The position numbers were made by a program, and so were the translations under genes. Below are positions 1 through 14,117 of a DNA stretch of 64,000 bases, one piece after another (position 1 is the stretch's first letter; the number at the start of each line of letters is the position of its first letter). Location of the stretch: NCBI GenBank assembly GCA_002189035.1, contig NEEC01000016.1:2356001-2420000 (forward strand). Reading direction: 5' to 3'. The stretch is from Utricularia gibba. Taxonomy: Eukaryota > Plantae > Magnoliophyta. Under the pieces are notes generated by a model, which did no database searches, was not told the origin of the DNA, and saw only the letters and a list, made by a program, of their open reading frames with translations.

Positions 1-596
1 AGCAGCAGGCCACTTCTCATTGATTTTGATGAAGAGTGAGGTGAAGAGCACCATCTCCAACCCTATTGGTTCGAGAGAAGTAGCAAATTGTTTGTGACAT
101 AGGTACTACGACAATGAATAGGTAGTGACCTTGTACCTGTCATTGGTCATTGACAATAGTTGGACACATACGCAGAATTCAGTTTTGAGGGCAATCGAAG
201 ACAATCCACTTGTCTTCTCAATCGTCCAAGGGAGAATCACTTGAGACTATTCCCGTGCATCCTTATCAATTGAGTGTAAGGAAGAGTAGGCTATACCTTA
301 CTCTTATAACCACCTATTTGGAAGGAATCAGTGAAAGCCGAGGCAAAGATAGATAAAAAGAGTAAACAGAATCAATTTTCCAGGAACTGCAATCTTAATC
401 AAAGTCCATTACTTGCATTATAACTGTTATTTATGTACTTTAAAAAACTTCTTTTATGAACCCGTGACAATTTGTACAAGTTTTCTACAAAACACTTTTC
501 GCAAAACTCAACTCCATGAGATCAACATTCATACTATGCTTTATTGTGTTTTATGTTTTTTTAAATTAAAATTAGTTGAAGAAACAATACGCAACA
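1..596 (+). mobile_element. 3' part of an Athila-like (Ty3/gypsy) LTR, cut by the window start
   Basis: Colinear similarity over about 590 nt with 43550-44125 (e.g. CTATTCCCGTGCATCCTT, GAGTAGGCTATA, AAAACACTTTTC); both copies end in ...CAACA. Family call is from sequence style only. Confidence 0.7.
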
Positions 597-689
597 GATA
601 CTGTTACTAGGTCTTTGACCTTACATTCTCTACCACTAGGCACCCAACATCCTCATTGAGTACCCCTTATCCCACCATTGATATGTGCC

Positions 690-1000
690 CCTATTTGACT
701 TTAATACCAAATGCCGCGACTCATGCTACTCTCGTATGAGATTGTGTGCTTTGGACATCTAATACTTACGATTTTACCTTATCCCCTCCTAGAGAAAAAA
801 ATCTCAAGGTCCCTTTATTTAAGAATATATCATCTTCCATTTACAACTAATGTGAGATATTATTATTAGATTTTTACCCTTACATTGTTTCCTCATGATT
901 TACATAATATTATGAAATTTTACAATTAATTTGTAAGGTCAGAGGCCTTGTGGTGGTATTCCACATTAGTTGCGAATGGAAAAGAGGATGTACTTAAATA
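690..1000. mobile_element. Highly degraded short Copia-like LTR relics in opposite orientations
   Basis: 833-860 CATCTTCCATTTACAACTAATGTGAGAT resembles the reverse complement of 957-990; a degenerate reverse tRNA-Met PBS-like word (CTTTAATACCA) lies near 700-710. Confidence 0.3.
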
Positions 1001-1922
1001 GAGAAACACTTCTAATCTGTGAAATTTTTTTTGTAGAAGAAAATAACGTAAAATTATACATCGAAATAGCATAAAACTGTAAATATTATATGCCCAAAAT
1101 AGATGATATCATACAAGGTAAAGATAGTTTGTTACATAATTACTATAAATTATTCATTAAACATAATATGGCGTACCAAACAAATCTTGAATTTTAATAA
1201 GGTGGTGCGTGTTGATACATCATCTAAATATATAATTGACGAGTGGATGGTATTTATGTATTGTTTTGTCGACGATGGTGTGTATTTTCAGAAGTCAGGA
1301 CCCTACGGAGCGTTGACTGGTCAAAAGCAGAAAACCAAGAGAAAGCAACCTGCGCAGGTAGCGATTGGCTCCGCACCCCAACGGATCGCGCTGCAACATT
1401 TATCTTTTTGTTGACCAGTTGCCTCTTCTACAATTCGCCGCTGATTCGCAGGATTTGCTCCTTTCCTGGGCATGTTTTAGGGAGAGCTGTCGATGTTCCT
1501 TTGTTCTTTTGGAAGCCGTTCTTGATTCCTGAACAGATAGGTAAATAAAGGTTTCTAGGTTTTCATTTTCCTCTTCGTCTGCGTCGAACCCTCTTTTGTT
1601 CGGTCGATGGTTGATCCAGATCCTGTGTTGGTTGCCTTTATCCGGGCTATAATTATCCTTTCCCTTTGCGTCTAGATAGCCAAGAGGGAGATATTTTGGT
1701 TGTTTATGTTTCAGATCTAGTTGCTGGTTGTGGAAACCTTAACTGCATCATTAAAGTTTGTTCCGTTTCTATGTGATTTTTCAAAAAAGGTCCGGTACAA
1801 GATTTGTGCCGAGGGGTTTCCTGATTTTTGTAGGGTATACTGTCACTTTTTTTGTTTTAACTCTTGGTTTCGGTTGCAGAATCTTCTGGGATACGTATGC
1901 TTATACTGCTTACAGAGAGAGA

Positions 1923-4078
<2,156 letters not shown>

Positions 4079-4446
4079 CTGTGAAGGTTCATTTCCACTT
4101 GCATTGTTTTATCTCACCTCACCCAGTGATGGCGTCTCCGTGTCCTGAATGTCTGCCACTCTGCTGTAGTATACAACCTGTATATGGAAGTTTTACAGAG
4201 GAATTGTCTTCTTACAGCGTGTGCGCTCGCTATCCACACTTTAATGACATCAGAAATGCACGCATTATTGGCTCTGGGGGATGACCCGGGTGACGTTGCG
4301 ATGGGAGTGTCTGCATCTGAGAAAATGTTGCCCAAAATTCAATTAAAACGAGCGAGATGGCAAAGCGTATTTATTCATCATCTAGAAATGGGGGCTGGGC
4401 TGGCTGGCTGGCTGCCAAAAATGAGTAAGAGGAGGAGACTAAGCCA

Positions 4447-4465
4447 TCTCTCTCTCTCTCTCTCT
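4447..4465. repeat. (TC)n microsatellite abutting the GolS stop codon
   Basis: TCTCTCTCTCTCTCTCTCT directly visible. Confidence 0.9.
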
Positions 4466-5665
4466 AGGCAACGGAGGGGGTCCGGACATGCGGCATGGCG
4501 ATGCCGGGAGTGGGGACCACCAGCGCCTGCGCCTGCGCCGCGGCTGGCTGCTTCCGTTGGTAGTCGAGGGACTCATCTTGGTAAATATCCCGCCATTTCT
4601 TCACCAGCATCTTGATGTCATCCCTTTCCATGTTGGGCTCCTCCCCAGAGTACCTCCACGGCTTCGAACCCTTGCAATTCCAAAGCCACGTCTGTCAACA
4701 CACACAGACACAGACACAGACACACACTACAACTGAAAGAGGCATTCATGGGCCTCCAGTTCCACTCACCGCAGCACAGTAGTGAACCACCTTCACCTCT
4801 TGCAGCTCCACGTTTTCAGGGTGGCGCCATAGCATGGCGAGCACCAGATTGTACACATTTGAAATGGGCTTGTACCTGCTCTGGAAGAACATGTTGAGGA
4901 AATCCTGCAATTCAAAACCACCCACCGCTGAACACACATACATGCCTCCATGGATGCAAGCTAGCTTCTTCTTGTTGATTGGTTACCTGCTCCGCGAATG
5001 GAGTCGGGGGAGTCACTCGAACACTTTCCAGAAGACGTTGATAAGTCGAGAGACTGGGCTCGAACACGAACATTCCGGCGTTGAAGTACGGCGGTGGTGG
5101 AGTCCCCATCTCCGCCGGCCAACGGATCTTCTCGGGGCACTGCTGGCAGTAGCCGATGCGGTGCTGTGGCGTGTGGCTCCACGTTTTCTCGCAGTAGCAG
5201 TCCTTCACAGCGTACAAGTAGCCGTCCTCCAGGCCGAACAGATGGTCTATGTTGTCGTACACTTGGATGTCCCCATCCAGATAAACCATCTTCTCATACT
5301 CCACAAACTGCGGATATGAAGCCAAAGAAATTAACATGCAGTGCAGAGATGAAGTCAAAGCACGCTGGTGAACCTACACTCCAGATGCGGAGCTTGGAGT
5401 AGTTGATGACGTAGTAAGGCATGGCGAACTGGGTCTGGCTCTGGGGCGGGTAAACGGGCTCAATCGCCTTGAGAATGCATCCCTGCTCCTCCAAGAGGCG
5501 ACGGTGATGTGCAGGGACATCAGGGAGCACCGCCACCACCAGGGGATACGCCGATCTCACCTTCCGAAGACCCTTCGCCAGTCCCACAACTCCCTTGACG
5601 TAATTCCCATCACCTGCAAGGAACGTCACGTACGCCGCCGCAGAAGAAAGAAGGCGATTAGCCAT
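4464..5665 (-). CDS. GOLS: Galactinol synthase (GT8 family), 4 exons, about 316 aa
   Basis: Exons 5665-5378, 5307-4987, 4904-4770, 4670-4464. Motifs AYVTFLAGDGNYVKGVVGLAKGLRKV, INYSKLRIW, YLDGDIQV, YFNAGMFVFEP, FAEQDFLNMFF, HYCAAGSKPW; C-terminus TPSVA resembles the APSAA signature. Confidence 0.95.
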
Positions 5666-6043
5666 TTGCACACGCAGATAGTAAGCCAAGCTCGGGGATT
5701 CCGGGAAGCACACATAGATATATAGCAGCTCCGAGGGTGGAGTCCGGAGGAGCCGCTGGTATTTTTGGAAGAAGGTTCTGGACTGGGAAACCTTTCCAAA
5801 ATCCTCCCTGGTAATCCTACATTTTCCCATTTTATAGCAACTAAAATCTTCCCGAAGCAAAAGAAATAATTTACATTGGGCCGGTCCGGCCCAATACACA
5901 CATATGAGGCCCTCCTCCTGCTCACCCCATTTTTCGAAAATCTCATCGAATAAGCCCTAATGTGTCCCGTTTCCAGTTTGTTTCCCTGTGAATGCTATTG
6001 CTGGTGCTTGGTATCCCCTCCGTGTGCTTGGTCAGTGTGAGTC
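5666..6043. promoter_or_regulatory. Short divergent promoter between GolS and SWC4
   Basis: Start codons are only 378 nt apart, head to head. Contains ATTGGGCCGG-T-CCGGCCCAAT (two inverted site II motifs, 5875-5895), a telo-box-like AAGCCCTAA near 5952, and TATAAA on the minus strand near 5829-5834. Confidence 0.6.
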
Positions 6044-8893
6044 ATGGATGCCAAGGATATTCTAGGTTTGCCCAAGAATGTGTTGCCTACGCAAGAGAAG
6101 AAGTCCAGGCCACCTAGAGAGTCTCATAGAAAACCTGATGGAATCTCGCGGGAGGTTTCTTTGGAATTGTTACGCACCTCTTATTCCAATTACTTCTGCG
6201 CTCTATGGGCACTTGATTCTTGCATCTTAGGTATACGCTCTTACGGGAGGATTGCCACCGTTGATTCCAGCCATTGATACGACCCAGCTAAAACGGAAAG
6301 CGCAGTCGGAGAATGAGAAGGTTGCTGTTTTGCTTGGCTTCCGATTTTTTGATTTGTTGCTTGGTTGTACGTTTTCGCAATGGCAATTTAACGAGAGTAA
6401 CCCAATTTTTTTTTCTAGATTTCCTGGAAATGGCTTCCCTTCTCAAACTCCGCTAGGAAAGATGATCTACAGCTTTACCACTGGGTATGTGTGATGCATA
6501 TGATGTGCAATCTTTTGAAAATCTTTATGAATAAAGGGTAACCACGGCACCTTTTTTGCAGGTTAGAGTTGTGAATGGCGTTCCACCTACTGGGGACTAT
6601 TCTTTTGCAAAGTATAACAAAGTGAGTAAACATTTTCATGGGTAGATCTATACCTTGATGATGTGGCATTATGCATCAAGGTCATTCGTTTCCGATGAAC
6701 ATGTAAATGAGTTACTCAGATATTACGGTATCCGTGCAGTCTGTTGAAGTTATCAAGTATACGGATGAGGAGTACGAAAAATACCTATCTGACACCGTAT
6801 GTCAGTTAATCTATTCAAATTCTACTAATTTGCAATGATTTTTTTTAATTACGCTGGATATGCATAAATGTTATTTGTTGAACCCTTAGATTCTATTGAG
6901 ATTCAGCTGCAATTCAAAATGCTGATCACCCCCAGATTGACGGGGTTAGTTTTTTGTTCTATCTTTAGAATTGGACCAAGGAAGAGACAGATGAATTGTT
7001 TGATTTATGCCAAAGATTTGATCTCCGATTCATTGTGATTGCGGATAGATTCCCATATTCTAAAACAGTTGAGGAACTTAAGGATCGTTATTACAGTGGT
7101 ATGTTTTATATACTGTATGCTTCATGATTTATTGAGCTCTGTTTTGATTTCACTGGTAATTTAATGTCCCATGTTTGTACTTTGTACGGTTTTTTTTTTA
7201 TCATACTCATGTTTGGTGAAAGTATTTTTGAGGCGGTTTGATGTGATTTCTGTTATGCAGTGTCTCGAGCCATCCTGATTGCAAGGGCCAAGTCGCCTAG
7301 TGATGTTGCCAATAATCCCCTTGTTAAGGTCAACTTCTAACATCTCCCGGTTTAATCTTGGATTTCTCTAATTTGATCCCCTTATTTATGTAGGAGCCTT
7401 ACAATGCCTCTCAAGAAACTGAGAGGAAGCATTCACTAAATCTAATTCTCTCGCATACAAAGCAGCAAGAGCGGAAGGATGTTGAGGTCTGACACTGTTG
7501 GTGTGCCACGCATTTTTAATTGTGGATGATGTTTTTCTTCCAAGCGTTTTTCCCTTTCAGGTTTCAACTGCTCTCCGTTTATGTTATCTCTTAATTTAAG
7601 CATTTTATTTTCCAGGTTCTTGCTCAAGCGAAGAGAATATACGAGGCGAGGAAATCCATAAAGGTGACTCCTCGCTTACATAATTGATTTTTAATCGCAT
7701 AGCTTAAAATGTGAAGGTTTATGCCTTTTTTCCGTGGCACATGTTTCATATTTTAATTTTCAAATAGGATTTCTACAAGAGTGAGATTAATCCTGTTAAT
7801 TCCTACCCCTAGGCTCCTGTTGAACCTGAATTGATGGCTACATCAGACAACGAACCCTGTGCTGCTGGTAAAGAGAATTATGCTGCTGATGCAGCCACCC
7901 CTTTGAATCTTCCGCCATCCACTGTTTCTGTTTCAAATCCAGTGTCTGAAACTGCTTCTGTTGCTGCTTCTCTTCGCATGGTATGCCTTTTTAATTCTCA
8001 GCTTTTGCTTTTCCATTTCTGATGAATAATCTGTGCAGTTACATGTGTACTTGAGATCATATGCCCATGCACAAATGGTTGAAGCTGTAAGTTCATCTGC
8101 AGCAATTCGGACAATCAAGCGGGTTGAGCAGACTCTGCAAGATCTTGGGGTTCGATTTCTGCTCCTTCATAATTACTATCCAACTCGTAATTCCGTTGGT
8201 ACTGCTGCCATGGGTTAGTTTTCAAGGTAATTTTTGTCTGACAGGTGAATTTGAAACCAAAAATCCCCACAAAATCCGTGTGTGCAGAGCATCTGGAACT
8301 AAGAAAGGACATACTCATTCTATTAGATCTTCAGAGACAGGTTGCGTTCTCCCCCTTGTTTTCTCACTTAAACAACGGAAGTTGTGGTGCAAGATTGGTT
8401 AATGCTTTTACCACCGAAATTCTCACATATTAATGTATTGTATGAACAGCTGCAAAACAAGGAGGCTGAGTCTTCATCATTCCGTGATGCTGCTGATACT
8501 CCTGGTACGCCTACAAAGGTAATGCAACAGGAGTTCATGAAGTTGCTTCTGTGTATGAACGTGGGTTTATTTGTTCATGCAACGTTTCCCTCTTGTTGTC
8601 GGCTTCAGCGAGCCATGGATCTGGATCGGGCATTCACCCCAGAGACACAAGGCATGGGAGGTACGCACAAAAAATGTCTATCTCCTGATGCATCTCTAAC
8701 ATTGAGCTTTCTTGATAGGGGAGAGATTCAACAAAAGGGAGCAGAAGCGCAAGGTAATTATTAGGGATGCATAGAATAATTATGTTCTGTTGATGGATGG
8801 TTGTTGGTTTCTCAGGGGCCAGGGAGGTCACTGGAAGCTCCCTCTTCGCCGGCCCAGTCGAAAAGGCCGAGAAAGCACAAGGCTTCGGATTAA
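6044..8893 (+). CDS. SWC4: SWR1-complex protein 4 / DMAP1 homologue (SANT domain), 16 exons
   Basis: Starts [11 protein letters not shown]; spliced [60 protein letters not shown] (SANT), [20 protein letters not shown]; ends [11 protein letters not shown]-stop at 8893. All exons join in frame. Confidence 0.94.
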
Positions 8894-9735
8894 CTCACTC
8901 CGATCTGAAAAAAGTAGTTGTAGGAAGCACGCAGAGAGGCCCGGCTGCTTTCCATCCCCCAGGCGTGGATCCGATCATCATTACCACCACGTCGTAACTC
9001 CTGCCAACGCCGTTGGAAGGAAGGGACTCCTCAAAGAAGAGGGTCGTTTGGTGCCACAATTTTCGAGTGTAGTCGCAGGCCACCCGCCCGGCGGGATAGG
9101 TAGGTTGGTCGGGGAAGGGAAGAAAGTAAAGCATGGTCGGCTGGGGTTCCCAGGGGGGAGGATTTTTTCATTCTAAAAAATAACTCGAAAATTTGTTGAA
9201 ATTTAAAACTGGGAAGCATAGGAATATACTGACAACTCCTGACCCTGGAGACGACGACTGAAAAAGAAATTTAATCATCATCCGAGTGGGGGTTCATTAA
9301 ATATTTTTTAACTTTAAATTTATATTATCAATATATCTTTAGAATTTATTGTATGTAGTTTGTATTTTTTATTTTAAATGTATGTTATTAATCGATGCTT
9401 ATGTATTCTATGAATTAAATTCATTTTTTAAAAATTTTTTTATCATACATCATTAGATCGTTATACATTATTTGGATTAACTACATATTTTTATTTTCGA
9501 TTTGTCAATATAAAAAATAAATATTATCAATCAAAAAATAATATATATATATATATAATAATATAAGATATAATGTATCATAAAAAATTATATGAATATA
9601 AAGAAACACCATTCAACACATAACTACCGATTCTTACGTTTTTACAACTACTCCATCGATATCAATTACAATGAGATAGAAAATTATCAAACTCGAAATA
9701 AAAAATTAGAATTGAATCAAGTTTATATTTAGATA

Positions 9736-9736
<1 letters not shown>

Positions 9737-9774
<38 letters not shown>
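9737..9774. repeat. (TAA)n microsatellite
   Basis: About 12-13 ATA/TAA units directly visible. Confidence 0.9.
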
Positions 9775-10830
9775 TGCATTTTATTGTTATTTAAATCTAA
9801 CAAGAATTTTTTTTTGAAAATGATACGAACATTGATAAATACTAAAATCTTGATACAAATCACAATCTTAATGCTAGTACAGAGGGGGATGGCATCTAAA
9901 TTTTGATCTAGATTTGATAAACGAGAATTTTGGCACATCATTGAAATGCAAATTCATGAATCAAATAAATTTATAATTATGAACATAGTGATTAGGATCG
10001 AACACGAAGAGTAAGTGCTTCTCATGTAATTATCAATACATACAATCAGTATTACATTGGTAGATTTAGTCTAAACTAGAACTAAGGCAAATTTATGATA
10101 AAATACAATAAAGAAAAGCAACAAACTTTTAAACTCGGTTATACCTAAAATGAGATAAGTGATGCCTTGGGACTTCTAGGGTTAACATGCAAATTATTAC
10201 AACTATTCCTCTTAAATCATAAATCATTCACATAACAACCAAAGGCATAAGTTAGCTTAAATCTTTGTTTTTTCTAATTTTTTTTCTATCTTTAATTAAG
10301 TTTATTCTAGTGAGTTTTACTACTCCCCCTCGGTTGGATCTATCCTAGTTTGTAAGGAAATAATGTGATACTTGGTTAATTTGGTTTAATGAATAACAAA
10401 TTTGTCAATCCTTTTAACCCAAGGCATCACTAGGTGCATTAGCTACTCTTCATAAGTGAAAATAAAACGTTTTCATGACATATACTAAATAACATTCTAG
10501 TCTCAAATTTTAATAACAACCAATAGTGTATAACAAAAACAAGAGAAGGTAAAAGGACACTATTCTTAGCTTAGGTATATTATTAATATAGTAAGACTAT
10601 TAGTAGAAAAAGACATTAGTAACAAAGTAATCATGATTATGATTGCAACTAATGAAACATCAAATTATACAATTCTATCACATAGCGGTTGATATGATTT
10701 AAGATAAACCTTTACATATGTATCCAGTAATTGATATACAATTTTTCTTTCTTATACGAGGTTGTACTCCAAATCTCAACATTATAATTCAATGGAAGCA
10801 TCACAATAGAAATGTACAACATTATGCATT

Positions 10831-11062
10831 TTTATAATTGGTCCTTATATTCAAGCATATAAATGATGTTAGTCGGTGGTATCAATTGATATGTTGATTA
10901 CGATAACTTTCAATGCATCTTGCAAATATGTTCCATTTACATTTGCTATTATTGATGAGAAAATGGATGATTTATGAATGTGATTTTTCAAGTTGCTCAA
11001 TAGATATATTTTGAATATACATCTACTTACTTAATCTGTAAAAGATGTGATTCCATTAAAAA
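10831..11062 (+). pseudogene. Degenerate Mutator-like (MULE) transposase fragment
   Basis: Reads FIIGPYIQAYK*C*SVVSID..TFNASCKYVPFTFAIIDEKMDDL*M*FFKLLNRY, matching the MULE pattern GPCIEAF..C.PVISIDG..DAN..FPLAFA..E..DSW.WFL; many stops. Confidence 0.6.
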
Positions 11063-12303
11063 GGTAGTAGACTGAATTCATGACTTTAAGCTTGAAAATG
11101 GTGGATATCTGATAACATATAATTTTCATTGTTTTCATATTAGAAAATGATTAATATTATGTTACAAAATTAATATTTTATTAGACATTTATGTAATTTT
11201 GTAATTAGTAGTACTATTTATGTCTTTTATTCTACATTGAAATTAAATTCTAGATTTAATTACCAAATCTTAATCTTTTTTTTAATCACTTTTTTTAAAC
11301 AATGTAGCACGTTTTTAGCAGTCTTCATTTGTCATTTTCTTTGGGAAATAGAGAAAAAAGTTGAAAATGGAAGATACCAAATCTCGAGGTGACAAGATGA
11401 AAAATTTTTTGGAACAAGATGAAGTAAACATAAAAAATATCTAAAGTAGATTTAGAATACTACTAAACGTAGGTTTGGAGAAGGATTTTGAAAGAAAAAT
11501 CATAGAACCATAAAGAGGATGAATAAAGAAGAACCTATTTGATCTCACAAAATTTCTTTTATTTAAGAACACTATTCCTAAACAAGAGAAAACTACAAAT
11601 ATCTTAGGATTTTGCAATAAAATATTAACATTTGTGTTACTATTTATATTCATTCTTTTATCAAATTGCAATTAAATATATTGTGGATAATCTTTTATAT
11701 ACTAGTTTCATTTCTCTTCCACATGAGTAACTAGGTACCACACAATGTATTGAAATAAAAAAGAATAAGTATGTTCATTATTCATTAGACTACCTAAGAC
11801 TATAATCATATTGTCTCTTTAACAAATCAGTATAAATGTAAGAGAAGGAGGTAGTGATATTAATCCTAAACAACTCTAATTAAATGTAGATAAAAAAATT
11901 GGAAAAAATAAAGATTTAGATAAATATGAATTTTTGTTATATTAGATAAATTATTTTTGATTTGAATAGGATAAATATAGCAATGAACATCCTGGAAGTC
12001 TCAAGACATCACACTATTTGTTTTTAGACATAAGTGTGTTTTATTCATTTATTATTTTACTGCACTTTATCATTGAATTGTATCAGTTCTTACGTCAATC
12101 AAATCTTTTATGACAAAAACGTAATGCATTAATCTTCATATCAGAAGTACAAATATCTTTTTATTCGACTCTAACCACTATATCCATATTATTGTATGAC
12201 TGGTTGTAAATTAGATTTATAAAGTTATTTGGTAAGGGAATTAAATTAATTTTATTTATAAAAATATGTATATATATATATATATATATTATTTATTTAT
12301 TTA

Positions 12304-12334
<31 letters not shown>

Positions 12335-12573
12335 ATTAATTTTAATTTTATAAAAATATACTATTTATATCAAAATAAAATTGAACTTTTAATCTAAAAG
12401 TTCATAAAAATATAAAAATACCAATTAAACTACAAATGTTTATATCAATATATGACATGTATATGTATTATAGATAATCCACACATGAATGGCTTTTATA
12501 ATGCACGGGCATTCCTTTACACTAAACATGGATTATGGATAACACACATCCGTGTTATATCTTAATATAAATG

Positions 12574-13089
12574 TGATGGGGTACAAATCGACTGAGGGTA
12601 ATCAGCTTCTAAAAGGCTGCCAAAAGAAGCTCTGACAGGATAACGCTAGTCGACTGACCAATATTTGTCAGAAATTTGGTAGCAGTGGCCATATGACATA
12701 GTCTGAAAAGCAGCCAAATTATGGCAAAGCAGGCAACTGATATCTGAAAAGCCAGATCTCATGGCAGGCGCAGAAAGCAACTGATGTCCGCAGAATTCAA
12801 GACTCGGTCATATCGGTTTCCTCTATAAATAGAAGAAATCATAACGGAGAAAGAGTTCGACCCTAAGCCTCCCAACCTGTACCTTTCTTCTCCACCTCCG
12901 TCTAGTAAAAGTTTTCTCTGGCGAACTCTGATAGCTTCGTAGTTTTTTTCGTCCTTCGGCGGTTTCCACATAAAAATCTCCGCTTACTCTTTATTTCTGT
13001 TGATCAAATCAAATAAAGCGCGATATTTCAGGCTGCACCTATCACCCAAAAATCGGCCCCATCTCGGACACCAATTTCCACCCATAACA
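12574..13089 (+). repeat. 5' LTR of Tat element 1
   Basis: Matches 18324-18816 with about 30 mismatches in the first ~255 nt by eye; TATA box CTATAAAT near 12823. Confidence 0.93.
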
Positions 13090-13099
13090 TTTTGGCGCC

Positions 13100-14047
13100 T
13101 GATAAATGATTTTGTGTCGTTCCAAAACATGTTCTTCCACTACTCTTGAGTGTTGTTTTTACTTATCTTAGACCCCACTTTCTTATTATTCTTAATTGAT
13201 TTTGTATCTTTCACACTACTTTGATCTTTTTGGAGAGAGTGTATTTTGTGGATTTTTAGGGTACTTTTGGATCAATTTGAGGAGAAATCAAGACCCACCA
13301 AATTAAGGACTTGATGGACCATGAATCTCAACCCAAGACTCGGTCAACCGATGAAGATTTAGTCCAAGATTCGTGGATAACATAGAGATATGAAGATGAT
13401 CTTCGAAGATTTGAATAAAAGATTTGGATAGAAGATTTTATCCAAGTCCATCAAATAAGCTCAATACGAAGACTTGGATTGACTCTCCTATAAATACCCC
13501 ACCCTCTCAACCATTAGAAACGTCTTTGACCACTTTTCCTTGTACTTTTCCTATTTTCGTGTCTATTTTCATGTTAGAGTCAAGTCTGCGCGTGTAGGCG
13601 CTTGCGGCTGAGGATCTGCGGTGAATCCTTGCTTGCGCAAGTCCTGTGCGTGTGACTATTTTACTATGTTTTTCAACATTTAAATTGAAGTTTGATTTTG
13701 TTTTTCGCAACGTTTTCTTTACCAACGTGGTCTTGTGGTGTGGTTGATTCCATAATCCCACAAAACAAGGGACGGTGCTATAACAGTCACCGAGTAGCAC
13801 TATTTTAGAATAACACCCCCAAAACTTGCGCAAGCAGGTCAGTCTTCAAGGTTTGCACATATGCAAGGGCGAGTTTCAAGTAAGGTGGATCTTAGATCCA
13901 ATGCCACTTTCCTTATTATTTTCAAAACCAAATCTTTCTTTTGTTTTGAGTCTTTGTTTGAAAAGAAAATTCCAATAATAATTCCCTGTAGATACAATCT
14001 TATTTTATTACTTCGACGGTTTCTGTACGCTTGTAGAATCACCATCA
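13100..14047 (+). mobile_element. Solo LTR (probably Athila-like) nested in the PBS of Tat element 1
   Basis: TGAT...ATCA termini, perfect TSD GCGCC (13095-13099 and 14048-14052), internal CTATAAATACCCC; removing it restores TGGCGCCCACCGTGGGGC. Confidence 0.88.
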
Positions 14048-14117
14048 GCGCCCACCGTGGGGCAGATCTATCGTCCCACTCGAGAAATCCACAGAAGCCG
14101 CTCAATAAGCCTTGATC

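Noticed and set aside
4834-5402. Long + strand ORFs overlapping GolS
   Set aside because: Antisense shadows of GC-rich coding exons with no recognisable motifs.
5666-5899. N-terminal extension of GolS in the 201-aa track ORF
   Set aside because: It starts at a non-ATG codon, runs through the promoter and TATA region, and has no GolS similarity; the ATG at 5665 fits the family.
8895-9219. Possible small gene antisense to the SWC4 3' end
   Set aside because: All frames were translated and no recognisable protein or splice structure was found; most simply the SWC4 3' UTR.
9729-9941. 70-aa ORF with poly-Leu tail
   Set aside because: Produced by the (TAA)n microsatellite.
11341-12000. Possible endogenous viral or env-like coding relic
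   Set aside because: Looks faintly coding on the + strand but is full of stops and has no motif I can assign; it needs a TBLASTX search.
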